Made by a program: the position numbers and the translations under genes. DNA of 64,000 nucleotides, from IMG/VR virus record IMGVR_UViG_3300012665_000259, positions 4,404-68,403 of that record; one strand, 5' to 3'. Source of the DNA: a virus (Duplodnaviria > Caudoviricetes). Below the pieces are notes generated by a model that saw only the letters and a program-made list of their open reading frames with translations, did no database searches and had not been told where the DNA came from. Positions 49,136 through 58,057 of this stretch are shown piece by piece. Every line of letters starts with the position of its first letter. The stretch's first letter is position 1.

Positions 49136-49164
49136 ATTATAACACCGCCCGAAGGCGGTGTCAA
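49136..49164 (-). promoter_or_regulatory. Consensus sigma70 promoter whose spacer is a C(UUCG)G hairpin
   Basis: TTGACA (49164-49159), 17 nt, TATAAT (49141-49136); ACACCGCC-TTCG-GGCGGTGT at 49161-49142. Confidence 0.75.
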
Positions 49165-49179
49165 CCAGGTTAAAACTGT

Positions 49180-50271
49180 TTAGTTTTTCTCTGTAGCTGC
49201 CGAGATATATTTTCCATATTTGGTATGGAACTCGTCAAAGCACTCAATCTCATCTGGGTCCAACGGCAGTTTATAGCTAGACAATGCCAATTTAGTACCC
49301 ATAATAACCAACTCAGTTTCAAAGTTTTTCATCATAAACTCAAAGAAGTTGTTTACTTGATTGTTCCAAGTTTTAGACTTTTTCTCGTTTGCATCTTTGA
49401 GCTCATAGCACAAGGAGATAGTTAAAGAGTACATTGCTGAGATCTCTTTTGAATCCATCTTCTTAACCTTGCCTGACAAGATGTCTTCTGGGTTAGGCAT
49501 TTTAGATGCAATTTTACGGTGAGCCATAAATTTAACAGCCAAGCCCTCACCAATTGCACCCGATGTCAAATCAGTCAATGTATCGTTGTCGCAGTCGTCA
49601 TCAACTAACAGTTCGCTTACAAATGACCAGCTACGTGGAGTAGCAAAAGCACGTGAGCTAGACTTTGGATCAAAGTCGTACAAGTCTTTCTTAGAGAAAG
49701 TCAAAAAGCCCACAACATCCTTATGGATCTTGTTTTCAGTAGCCCACTCAAAGTAGTCGTCCCAATCAACAGTAAGTTCCAAGTGAACAAAACGGTTAGC
49801 CAACGGAGCAGGCATACGATAAGTAACACCCTTGTCAGTTTCACGGTTACCTGCCGCCACCATAACAACATTGTCTGGCAATTTATAAGTGCCTACACGG
49901 CGATTCAAAATAAGCTGATAAGCTGCCGCTTGCACACTAGGTGCCGCAGAGTTCATTTCGTCCATGAACAAAATAATTTGCTTGTGTTGACTAGCTAATG
50001 CCTCGTCTGGCAATTCGCCAGGGGGTGCCCAAACCATTTTATTAGTGTTTGAGTCAAAATACGGAATACCTTTAATATCGGTAGGTTCCCACAGTGACAA
50101 ACGAACGTCAATTACATGAGCATCGAGTTCTTCACCCAATTGTTTAATAATATCTGATTTACCAATACCGGGGGGGCCCCACATAAAAATTGGTCGTTTA
50201 TTTTTAAAGGCTTTACGCAGGCTTTTCTTGGCTGCTTTTGGGCCGACTGTACGGGAAATAATCTCTGCCAT
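49180..50271 (-). CDS. MoxR-type AAA+ ATPase
   Basis: GPPGIGKS, LFMDEMN, AAGNR, PLANRF; paired with the VWA gene. Confidence 0.85.
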   Translation of the reverse strand: MAEIISRTVGPKAAKKSLRKAFKNKRPIFMWGPPGIGKSDIIKQLGEELDAHVIDVRLSLWEPTDIKGIPYFDSNTNKMVWAPPGELPDEALASQHKQIILFMDEMNSAAPSVQAAAYQLILNRRVGTYKLPDNVVMVAAGNRETDKGVTYRMPAPLANRFVHLELTVDWDDYFEWATENKIHKDVVGFLTFSKKDLYDFDPKSSSRAFATPRSWSFVSELLVDDDCDNDTLTDLTSGAIGEGLAVKFMAHRKIASKMPNPEDILSGKVKKMDSKEISAMYSLTISLCYELKDANEKKSKTWNNQVNNFFEFMMKNFETELVIMGTKLALSSYKLPLDPDEIECFDEFHTKYGKYISAATEKN

Positions 50272-50321
50272 AAATACTCCGGGTTAAAAAATTGTTTACG
50301 AAATTTGCTGTCGATGTATGT

Positions 50322-50350
50322 ATTATACAGAAGTTCAGCTAAGTCGTCAA
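50322..50350 (-). promoter_or_regulatory. sigma70-type promoter
   Basis: TTGACG-N17-TATAAT upstream of the MoxR gene. Confidence 0.75.
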
Positions 50351-50373
50351 CATCTTTTTAAAGTATTTTGTGC

Positions 50374-50769
50374 TCAATTGTCCAATTCTTTTTGGCGCTC
50401 AGTCATTGCCTTGATTAGCCCAAACTTACGTATATCGTCCGAAAACAAATACAGCTCAAAACTTTTGCGTTCTGAGAACACTGTGATACTTTGGTTAGTA
50501 AGGAAATACGGGCAGTCAATATATCTTTCCAAAAATACAATCGTTTGGGGACTGAGTTCAATAGGTTCGGTAAATGGTATTTCGTATGATTTGAGATCAA
50601 GCTCGTTTGTCAAAAACTCAAATCCGTCTTCGCTCAATCTGTAGGCTGTTTGCTTACCTACTCTAGTTGATTGCCACCACTTGCGTGAATATAGTTTAAC
50701 ATTAGTATCATCTATACTCTTACCCCATTGTGCTAAAAAAATCTTAGTTAGGGTATCTCTGGCTATCAT
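50374..50769 (-). CDS. Hypothetical protein
   Basis: 131-aa ORF coupled to its neighbour. Confidence 0.6.
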   Translation of the reverse strand: MIARDTLTKIFLAQWGKSIDDTNVKLYSRKWWQSTRVGKQTAYRLSEDGFEFLTNELDLKSYEIPFTEPIELSPQTIVFLERYIDCPYFLTNQSITVFSERKSFELYLFSDDIRKFGLIKAMTERQKELDN

Positions 50770-51050
50770 TTTATTACTTTGCCTTCAGTTAGTTCAACTA
50801 CCTGAAAGTCTTGTGTACCAAAGGTTAAATTTAATTTCTTGGCCAAGTTGTGTGCATGGCCAGGATTGCTGAAAGATACTTTTTTATACTTAGGGCCTGG
50901 ATAACTTGTTAGGCTATTAAAGCTCTTTAAGTTAAATGGGTTTCCTTTAAAGAAAACAGCCCAGATGGCTTCAGCTTCCAAAATCTGTTCGGCTTTGTAA
51001 GTCTTTTTGTTTACGTTTTCTAATAAAACTTTTGGTTTCGGTCTACTCAT
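50766..51050 (-). CDS. Hypothetical protein
   Basis: Likely start MSRPKPK at 51050, with an ATAAATA box at 51082-51076. Confidence 0.6.
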   Translation of the reverse strand: MSRPKPKVLLENVNKKTYKAEQILEAEAIWAVFFKGNPFNLKSFNSLTSYPGPKYKKVSFSNPGHAHNLAKKLNLTFGTQDFQVVELTEGKVIK

Positions 51051-51084
51051 ATATACGTCCAGAAATATGCGTATATATTTATCT

Positions 51085-51330
51085 TTATTTGTCTTCGAAA
51101 CCGCCACCGTCCATTTCAACGTTTACGACTGCCGGATCACCGGCTTGTTTAAGAGCATGATAAAGCGATTCCCAGTCTCTATTCATTTTTTCAAGAACTT
51201 CAGCAAGAGCAAGATTTAGTAGTCTTGCCTGCTGAATAGGCATCTTTAGTTCTTTTTGTTGTGTAAGTTCAGCAGTACGTAACTGCTGAATAAACTGAGT
51301 AATTGGTGTTAGATTAATCTGATTTTGCAT
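51085..51330 (-). CDS. Hypothetical protein
   Basis: 81-aa ORF in the operon. Confidence 0.55.
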   Translation of the reverse strand: MQNQINLTPITQFIQQLRTAELTQQKELKMPIQQARLLNLALAEVLEKMNRDWESLYHALKQAGDPAVVNVEMDGGGFEDK

Positions 51331-51796
51331 TTGCCAACATTACCTTCATTTCGATCTCACTAGTAAATGGACCTTTGAAAGGATACCTTTCAATAGTAAT
51401 TGCTTTAGGACAAAATGATTTTACCCAACCCTTGTCAAATTTGATAACATAGTATCCTGCACAATACAAGCTCTTAGACTTTTCACTTTTTGTAAACAAT
51501 GGAAGTTTGCGTCTTACATCGTACATTGCATTATAAGGTTTACAACTTGTTGGGAATCCATGACATTCTTTTACATCATCAGTTGATGTGACCTTAACTT
51601 TAGTATTCTTTAGAAAGAAGTCTTTACCAAATCGTTTAGTCAACTCGTCTTTCTTATTAAACATGACTTCACCGTCAGTTGAACTTAGCATAAATTTATT
51701 ATTTTCTTTTTTATGTAGTAGTCCAACTTTAACACCGTCTTGCTCAATGATCCAAAACTTTCCATCGATGATGGGCTTTGCATATAAATCAGTCAT
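51314..51796 (-). CDS. Hypothetical protein
   Basis: Likely start MTDLY at 51796 with a GAGG SD; the ORF track extends it to 51886. Confidence 0.55.
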   Translation of the reverse strand: MTDLYAKPIIDGKFWIIEQDGVKVGLLHKKENNKFMLSSTDGEVMFNKKDELTKRFGKDFFLKNTKVKVTSTDDVKECHGFPTSCKPYNAMYDVRRKLPLFTKSEKSKSLYCAGYYVIKFDKGWVKSFCPKAITIERYPFKGPFTSEIEMKVMLANAKSD

Positions 51797-51858
51797 AGTT
51801 GTTACCTCGCATGTGTCTGTACTGTTTGGGCATGTGTCTTTATATTCACATTTCATTT

Positions 51859-52878
51859 TTAAGTTTCCTGAACCAGTTTGCGCCATGTTACTGCGCTTTC
51901 GGGATATTTTGCTTGGAATGGTTCAGCATATGTTTGTATGTTATCTGCAATCTTTTTCATATCCCAAGCATTACAAAATTTAAGCATACGGATACCTACT
52001 TGCGTAACATCTTTAGGCACCGCATGGGTATCGATTGTTTCTTTAATAATTGCACGAATTTCATCAGGCTGTGCAGTAAGGTCACACAGTTTAACATTTC
52101 GAATATAATCGTCGAGTACACGATGTTCTACACCATTATGGTCAACCCACCTCTGAAGCATGAGATTGTTCCAATTGAACCCCTTGCTTTTACGGTCTTC
52201 AAATGCTTCCATAAGCCCAACTTTATTTTTACTACCTTTAGTACGCACACCTGGATATGCACTAAAGACATTATCGCTTGTATCGCCACGCATACATTTT
52301 TCAAACAGCATCCATTCTGGATCTTGTGCTGGCTTTGGCTCACCTGTTTTCTTGTCTTTAACGGGTTTACCTTTCGCATCAAAGATGCCTTCGTGTGTAA
52401 TGTGTAAATCACCTACGCCGTTATATTGGCTAACGGTTGGACTTACTAATTGTGCGAAATCTCCGTCTGTACTAATAATCACGTGCTTGTCATTTGGATG
52501 AGCCTGAATGAAGCCTGCAATTAAATCATCTGCTTCTAGTTGCGGATGTTGCATTACAGTACAGTTAGTCTTATCTGTAATGAATGTTTTGAACTCGTCA
52601 AATGCTTCCCAGAATAACTTGTCTTCTTCTTGTTCTTTAACAGTCATTGCACTACGAGTTTCTTGTCTATTACGTTTATACGGTTCGTAAAAGTCTTTGC
52701 GCCAGCTACGACCTTCGAGGCAGAACACTACATGTTTCCCTCCAAAGTCGTTCCACGCTTTTTTAACTGAGTTGAAAGTAATATGAAAAGCCATACCGAG
52801 TTTAATATCAGCACCGCCTTGCACCACGTGTCTAGCACGAAAGAACGTGTTAGCAGTATCAACTATAATATATGTCAT
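51859..52878 (-). CDS. rnh: T4 RNase H-like 5'-3' exonuclease (FEN family)
   Basis: IVDTANTFFR, EADDLIA, STDGDF, RGDTSDNV. Confidence 0.88.
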   Translation of the reverse strand: MTYIIVDTANTFFRARHVVQGGADIKLGMAFHITFNSVKKAWNDFGGKHVVFCLEGRSWRKDFYEPYKRNRQETRSAMTVKEQEEDKLFWEAFDEFKTFITDKTNCTVMQHPQLEADDLIAGFIQAHPNDKHVIISTDGDFAQLVSPTVSQYNGVGDLHITHEGIFDAKGKPVKDKKTGEPKPAQDPEWMLFEKCMRGDTSDNVFSAYPGVRTKGSKNKVGLMEAFEDRKSKGFNWNNLMLQRWVDHNGVEHRVLDDYIRNVKLCDLTAQPDEIRAIIKETIDTHAVPKDVTQVGIRMLKFCNAWDMKKIADNIQTYAEPFQAKYPESAVTWRKLVQET

Positions 52879-53306
52879 GAAACCTCTGATTTGCCTTTAG
52901 CAATTGGAACTACGTTTATAAAACCTGCTGTACGAACTCTTGGATCGAGGCCTTGCTCCATTAGCATATTGCTTGCTAGGTCTCTGAACCAACGATCTAC
53001 AATTTCTTCTTCTGGATCACCGTCAAAACCGTAACCAGCTTGTTTCAATTGTACTATAAACTCATCGTTCCAGTCAAGCTCAAAAAAGCCGTTACGGATA
53101 TTATCTTTATTCACGTGAGTATCTAGTACACTTACCCAAGGTTCACCTCTAAGGGTAGCACGTTCTTTTGGAGTAGCTTTTGCAATCTCTTCAGCAGCCT
53201 TTGCTTCTTCAGCAGCCTTATTAGCAATAACTAATGCCTTTTCGGCAGCTGCCTTTTCTTCTTCTAATTTAGTAATGCCAAAGATGCGTTTAATAAACTT
53301 TTTCAT
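52875..53306 (-). CDS. Hypothetical protein
   Basis: 143-aa ORF between queE and rnh. Confidence 0.6.
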   Translation of the reverse strand: MKKFIKRIFGITKLEEEKAAAEKALVIANKAAEEAKAAEEIAKATPKERATLRGEPWVSVLDTHVNKDNIRNGFFELDWNDEFIVQLKQAGYGFDGDPEEEIVDRWFRDLASNMLMEQGLDPRVRTAGFINVVPIAKGKSEVS

Positions 53307-54173
53307 TTAAGTTCCCCACTCGTTCTTAAACAACGGCACTTGCAATCTGTCACTGTATCGTAAACCGTGTTTCATTGCCAACAATGCTACATTTTTATTG
53401 TTCATTGCATAGACACTTTCAACACCGCCGACTGGCATTAGATAAATGTGTCCTTTAAATCCAGCTTGGCGGTATTCTGCAATAGCACGTTCAGCATCAG
53501 TAAAATCCTGCTCTGTTGCAACAACAAATTTTAAATATGCTGTACCGACTTCTTCATATTCGCAAACTACATCTGGAAGAATTGCTTCTTCCCACTTCTC
53601 GCCACTACATGGTAGTTTAGCACTTACGCTAAATGTAACTTCTCTATCAGTCCTATACCCAGCTTTTAACCAACCAAATTTTAAATACTCTTTAAATTCT
53701 GCTGACAGTTTTTGAGTACCGTTTGTTTCAAACGTAATCTCTTTTAGACCTTCCATCTTAGGATTGTTTAGCAAGTCTGGATATGCACGTTGCCAACCTA
53801 ACAATGGCTCGCCGCCTGTAATAACTAGATGTTCGTCTTTCCAATGATCCTGCGGAAGGATTTCCATAATGCGATCTGCTATTGCTTCGCTTGTAAGCAT
53901 TGGGCTAAGGTCTTTAAACTCAGGCATCCAACTAGCATAGCTGTCACAACCTGTACTGACCAATGGAAGCTCCTCATACTTTTGAAAAGACTCAATCATC
54001 GTATGTGTTGCCGCAATGTCAGTAGCTTCGTGACTTACTTCGCCACGGGGCATACCAAAGCCGGCACATTTAAAATTACAACCAAATGTACGTAGAAACA
54101 CAGACGGGACGCCCATGTAGCGTCCTTCACCTTGAATTGAATAAAATAATTCTGCAATTTTAATTTTTGACAT
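53307..54173 (-). CDS. queE: 7-carboxy-7-deazaguanine synthase (radical SAM)
   Basis: ELFYSIQGEG...VFLRTFGCNFKC, ITGGEPLL, ETNGT, SAKL, LMP, RLQVPL. Confidence 0.85.
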   Translation of the reverse strand: MSKIKIAELFYSIQGEGRYMGVPSVFLRTFGCNFKCAGFGMPRGEVSHEATDIAATHTMIESFQKYEELPLVSTGCDSYASWMPEFKDLSPMLTSEAIADRIMEILPQDHWKDEHLVITGGEPLLGWQRAYPDLLNNPKMEGLKEITFETNGTQKLSAEFKEYLKFGWLKAGYRTDREVTFSVSAKLPCSGEKWEEAILPDVVCEYEEVGTAYLKFVVATEQDFTDAERAIAEYRQAGFKGHIYLMPVGGVESVYAMNNKNVALLAMKHGLRYSDRLQVPLFKNEWGT

Positions 54174-54501
54174 TCTGTTTCCTAAATTCTTCTAAATCTT
54201 TGATTGCTAATTGTAACACACTTGCGTAGTTTAATGCAACCTGTTTGGTCATGATAATACAAGTTTCGTAATCTGTATAACCTTTGGTTAACAGACGCCA
54301 AATATGATGCCACCTGCTCTTAGTCCAAAAATTAGTTCTAGTTGTAGTATAAATGGTTACAACAATGCCAGTATCCTCTGCTTCAACGTCAATAGTATGT
54401 GTGCAGTCATTATCTCCGCATTCACATACTGCTTTGTACATTTTACTAGTTCCCCAATCTTTAACTAGTAGTACTCCTTGAGCCGGTTCTTGCGGAATCA
54501 T
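54160..54501 (-). CDS. Hypothetical protein (CECGDNDC motif)
   Basis: 113-aa ORF with a Cys/His cluster. Confidence 0.55.
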   Translation of the reverse strand: MIPQEPAQGVLLVKDWGTSKMYKAVCECGDNDCTHTIDVEAEDTGIVVTIYTTTRTNFWTKSRWHHIWRLLTKGYTDYETCIIMTKQVALNYASVLQLAIKDLEEFRKQNVKN

Positions 54502-54800
54502 TTTAAAACCTCTAAGGTAGAAATTTTACTAATCTTTGCACCAAAGTCTTCGTCTTTACCAATAATATAAATTTGATGGTCGTGTCGATCAGTCTTACGA
54601 TCATATCGACTAAACTCTACAATCTTGCCACCAACGGCACTATACACTTTAAAGTTTAGAGTAGGTTCGCTGTCAACTCCGCTTCGTGTAGTAACCATAC
54701 TTGCTTTAGAAAGTGTGTTATAGTGATGCGGTTGGTCCTCTCTGGCTTGTTCCCAGTCGTCGCGCACCCACTTAATCACCATTCGTTTGAACCAGTTCAT
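54498..54800 (-). CDS. Hypothetical protein
   Basis: ATGA-coupled ORF. Confidence 0.55.
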   Translation of the reverse strand: MNWFKRMVIKWVRDDWEQAREDQPHHYNTLSKASMVTTRSGVDSEPTLNFKVYSAVGGKIVEFSRYDRKTDRHDHQIYIIGKDEDFGAKISKISTLEVLK

Positions 54801-55057
54801 TGTAATTTCCTTTTAAACTCATCTGGGAGTTCTTCATCTTCGATTATAGATATAATTTGTTTAATTGCCTCGGGATCCAAGTCTTCTAAATCGTCTTCAG
54901 TTAGTAGTCTAGAGTTTTCTTCAAACTCTCCGCTGTCAAACATCTGTTGTATTTGAGCAATCATTTCGTCTAGTTCTTCTTGAGTACCGTCAAACTGATC
55001 AAAGCAACCGGGCGCAAATTCAATCTTCATAGGTTTCTTTTCTTCTGTCATTTGCAA
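54797..55057 (-). CDS. Hypothetical acidic protein
   Basis: ORF in the operon. Confidence 0.5.
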   Translation of the reverse strand: MQMTEEKKPMKIEFAPGCFDQFDGTQEELDEMIAQIQQMFDSGEFEENSRLLTEDDLEDLDPEAIKQIISIIEDEELPDEFKRKLQ

Positions 55058-55263
55058 GTTTCCAAAAAATCATTTAATCTAGTTACAGCTTCGTCAAAGT
55101 CTACAGCATAAACTTTGGCAGCAATTTCTCCGTCTTTAATTTCCATGTCAAAAGGAACAACACCGTTAAATCTAAAATCTTCCGGGACGCTAGTTGTAAC
55201 AATAAATTCAGTCAAATGTTTTGCTCTAAAAATTAAATTATTTGCCATATCTACTGAGTTCAT
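55048..55263 (-). CDS. Hypothetical protein
   Basis: ORF in the operon. Confidence 0.55.
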   Translation of the reverse strand: MNSVDMANNLIFRAKHLTEFIVTTSVPEDFRFNGVVPFDMEIKDGEIAAKVYAVDFDEAVTRLNDFLETCK

Positions 55264-55264
55264 T

Positions 55265-55798
55265 TTATTCTTCCTTGGGAAATTCTTGGCTAAAAGGCCA
55301 GCTTGTACTAGGATTTGGTCGATCCTTCAGTACTACGTTTTCTTCGATAACTGTTCCATCTTCTTCACATAAGCTAATTTGGTAAGGCCCGATGATTTCC
55401 AAGTAATCGTCTTCAACTTGCCAATCATGGGTACCATCAAATAGCCATGCCGCACCGCCCATATCTGGAACATTTTCGTCATCCGGGTCACCATTATAGT
55501 AACACTCTTTGATAAACTCTTGTGCTTCTTCGTCTAAGTCGTCGCTAAAGTCCCAATCAATAGCACAACTATCTTCTAGTTCAGCACCCCAACCGCAATC
55601 ATTTTTAGCATATACTGTATTGTCGCCGTTGTACGGCAAGTTACAATCCATATCTCCTTCGATAAAACCTTGACCCCAGCGATATGTTTCGCTCATGTTG
55701 AACCAGCTAATAGAACCGTCCCTATTCTCACGGAACATTTCAATATGCCAAACAATACTTTTCTTTTCAAGCGGTTTAACTAGATAGACTTTAGACAT
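55265..55798 (-). CDS. Hypothetical acidic protein
   Basis: 177-aa ORF. Confidence 0.6.
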   Translation of the reverse strand: MSKVYLVKPLEKKSIVWHIEMFRENRDGSISWFNMSETYRWGQGFIEGDMDCNLPYNGDNTVYAKNDCGWGAELEDSCAIDWDFSDDLDEEAQEFIKECYYNGDPDDENVPDMGGAAWLFDGTHDWQVEDDYLEIIGPYQISLCEEDGTVIEENVVLKDRPNPSTSWPFSQEFPKEE

Positions 55799-55800
55799 GA

Positions 55801-56496
55801 TTATTTCCGGTCACCAAACAACTGTAATAAGTTTAAGAACAAGTTGATAAAGTCCATGTACAACGTCAACGCACCTGTTACTTCTACAGCCGGGCTAGTG
55901 TCAACGCTAACTGCTTCACGAATTTGTTGTGTGTCATATGCAGTTAAGCCCATAAAAATGATAATTGCTAATGCACTAATTACCATTTGCATAACTGTAC
56001 TACCAATGAAGATATTAACAATGCTAGCAATAATAATTGCAATCAGGCCCACAAACATAAATTTACCAAGGCTATCTAAACTCTGTTTAGTAAAGTAGCC
56101 ATAGCCACTCATAACACCAAACAAGATTGCCGCACCCATGAACGCACTAACAATACTGCCCATATTAAACACAGCAAAAATTGTAGCAAAGCTCAATCCC
56201 ATTAATGCCGCAAAACCATGCAGACAAAGTTGAGCAACTCCTTTGCTAGGGTTGTTACCTAAAACATAACTGATACCAAAAATTGCCACTAAGGGTGCAA
56301 AGATCACAATCCACTTTAGTACACCTGTAAAAAAGAATTGTAACAATTCTGGACTAGTGCCCACAAAGTAACTGACAAACATTGATACGATAACTGCTAG
56401 GCTCATGTGTCCGTAAACACGGCCCATTGCTGAATTAATTTCGCTAGCACTGCGGTAACTTAGTACATCACCGCCTGTATAATTTGTTCCAAACAT
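55801..56496 (-). CDS. Bax inhibitor-1 / YccA family membrane protein
   Basis: About 7 hydrophobic segments; AYDTQQI and ALTLYMDFINLFLNLLQLFG signature. Confidence 0.88.
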   Translation of the reverse strand: MFGTNYTGGDVLSYRSASEINSAMGRVYGHMSLAVIVSMFVSYFVGTSPELLQFFFTGVLKWIVIFAPLVAIFGISYVLGNNPSKGVAQLCLHGFAALMGLSFATIFAVFNMGSIVSAFMGAAILFGVMSGYGYFTKQSLDSLGKFMFVGLIAIIIASIVNIFIGSTVMQMVISALAIIIFMGLTAYDTQQIREAVSVDTSPAVEVTGALTLYMDFINLFLNLLQLFGDRK

Positions 56497-56507
56497 AATA
56501 GTTCTCC

Positions 56508-56699
56508 TTAATTATCTAAATCCATTGCGTTGTATTCTTTAACTACAGCAAGGACTTCTTCTTCTGTATTGCATACAACCTTAGAGTTCTTCCATTCACC
56601 TTCGCCATCACGACCGCCAACTTCTACCATCCAACCGTTATCGTAACGATTGATAGTAATAGATTCATTTACTTTTGCTAATTTAGTTAGTTTTGCCAT
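56508..56699 (-). CDS. Hypothetical protein
   Basis: AAGGA SD, 63 aa. Confidence 0.6.
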   Translation of the reverse strand: MAKLTKLAKVNESITINRYDNGWMVEVGGRDGEGEWKNSKVVCNTEEEVLAVVKEYNAMDLDN

Positions 56700-56700
56700 T

Positions 56701-56814
56701 TTATATTTCCTTTATATAATATTTAGATGCAGGATAGTTTTCCTGCAACCATTCTAACAAGCCTTCCTCTACTGGAAAACGAATGCTTTCAAACTTGTTA
56801 GTAATGTATTTCAT
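56701..56814 (-). CDS. Small hypothetical protein (37 aa), not in the ORF track
   Basis: MKYITNKFESIRFPVEEGLLEWLQENYPASKYYIKEI*; ATGA overlap with the folE stop; fills the gap exactly. Confidence 0.55.
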   Translation of the reverse strand: MKYITNKFESIRFPVEEGLLEWLQENYPASKYYIKEI

Positions 56815-57560
56815 CGCGGTGCAAACTCCTGTTGCAGTTTAATGTTGTCAAAGAATTCTTTCTTTGTATGAGGATCATCTTTGAATGTACCTTTAAGTAC
56901 TGTAGTCTGTGTTAGACTAGAGTGTGCCATAATGCCACGATTCTCACAGCATCCGTGAACAGCTTGAATATAGACTGCTACGTTTTTGGAGTCAGTTGCT
57001 TTTTGGATTTCCCTAGCAATGTCATTACAAAGTTCCTCCTGGAGAGTACCTCGTCTTGCACACCACTGTGCGATACGTGTGTACTTAGATAAGCCGATAA
57101 GTTTATTAGCGGCAATAATGCCAATATAAGCAACACCACTAACGGGTTGGTGATGATGGCTACACATACTGCGAAGCTCACTACGAACAACCAACATACC
57201 TTCGTAACGGTCCGCCGAATCATTTGGAAACGCTGTTGCGTCTGGTCCTGGTTCATATCTTCCTGCCATTATTTCATTAAAGTACATCTTAGCAAGACGT
57301 CTTGCTGTACCTTTTGAGTTTGGATCGTCCTCACGATCAATTAGTAAACGATCAAGCACTAGTTCAAATGCTTCTGCGGCTTCGTCGATTAGTTGTTCTT
57401 TAACATGATCATTGTCAATATATTCGCTAATGTTATCGCCTGCCCAGAATCTTTTACCATCTCGTTTCATTTTAAAACGAAGATAGTTACCTAGGTATTT
57501 TTCTTCTTTATAGCCGCCATCGCCTGCCATAGCGTCTAGTCCTGTTTCTTTACTTGTCAA
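56811..57560 (-). CDS. folE: GTP cyclohydrolase I
   Basis: SMCSHHHQP, GLSKYTR, QEELCNDIA, HGCCENRG; TTG start behind a GGAG SD. Confidence 0.92.
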   Translation of the reverse strand: MTSKETGLDAMAGDGGYKEEKYLGNYLRFKMKRDGKRFWAGDNISEYIDNDHVKEQLIDEAAEAFELVLDRLLIDREDDPNSKGTARRLAKMYFNEIMAGRYEPGPDATAFPNDSADRYEGMLVVRSELRSMCSHHHQPVSGVAYIGIIAANKLIGLSKYTRIAQWCARRGTLQEELCNDIAREIQKATDSKNVAVYIQAVHGCCENRGIMAHSSLTQTTVLKGTFKDDPHTKKEFFDNIKLQQEFAPR

Positions 57561-57602
57561 TTAAATTTCTCCGATGTTATGGCAGTGGATTGCCTTTGTA
57601 TT

Positions 57603-57631
57603 ATTGTACAGTATTATTTAGGTTTTATCAA
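57603..57631 (-). promoter_or_regulatory. sigma70-type promoter upstream of folE with an embedded TAAATA
   Basis: TTGATA-N17-TACAAT; TAAATA lies in the spacer. Confidence 0.55.
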
Positions 57632-57816
57632 CCTTTAGTTGCTCGAAGTTTTCGACAGGCTTCTTTAACTTGTAAAGGATAGTCTGGGCTAATTTCCGAA
57701 ATACTGCAATCGTATGCTTTTTCTTTTGGCGCAGGTAAGAACCAAAGAGCAGTAGCAGCCATCAAAATAAGATTGGCTGCTACTACTATTTCAATATGGC
57801 TACGATCGATCTTCAC
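57628..57816 (-). CDS. Small membrane-anchored hypothetical protein
   Basis: N-terminal hydrophobic helix; two Cys. Confidence 0.5.
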   Translation of the reverse strand: MKIDRSHIEIVVAANLILMAATALWFLPAPKEKAYDCSISEISPDYPLQVKEACRKLRATKG

Positions 57817-58046
57817 AGGGTAATTGCGTGAGCCAGCTTTTCAATTTCTTCTTTGGTCATAAAAAAATTATAAGTTTGACTATCTACAACATCACCGTCT
57901 TTTAAACTTTCCTGAATAAAATCAAGACTGAATGTTCCTTTAGGGCTTAGTACTTCATGTTTTTCCATACGAACACGGAAGCCTTCGTTTTCTTTAATTG
58001 TTGCTTCACGGGCGGTGTGAGCAACTGATTCGTGTAATACTTTCAT
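57813..58046 (-). CDS. Hypothetical protein
   Basis: AAGGA SD. Confidence 0.55.
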   Translation of the reverse strand: MKVLHESVAHTAREATIKENEGFRVRMEKHEVLSPKGTFSLDFIQESLKDGDVVDSQTYNFFMTKEEIEKLAHAITL

Positions 58047-58057
58047 TTTTCTTTCCT

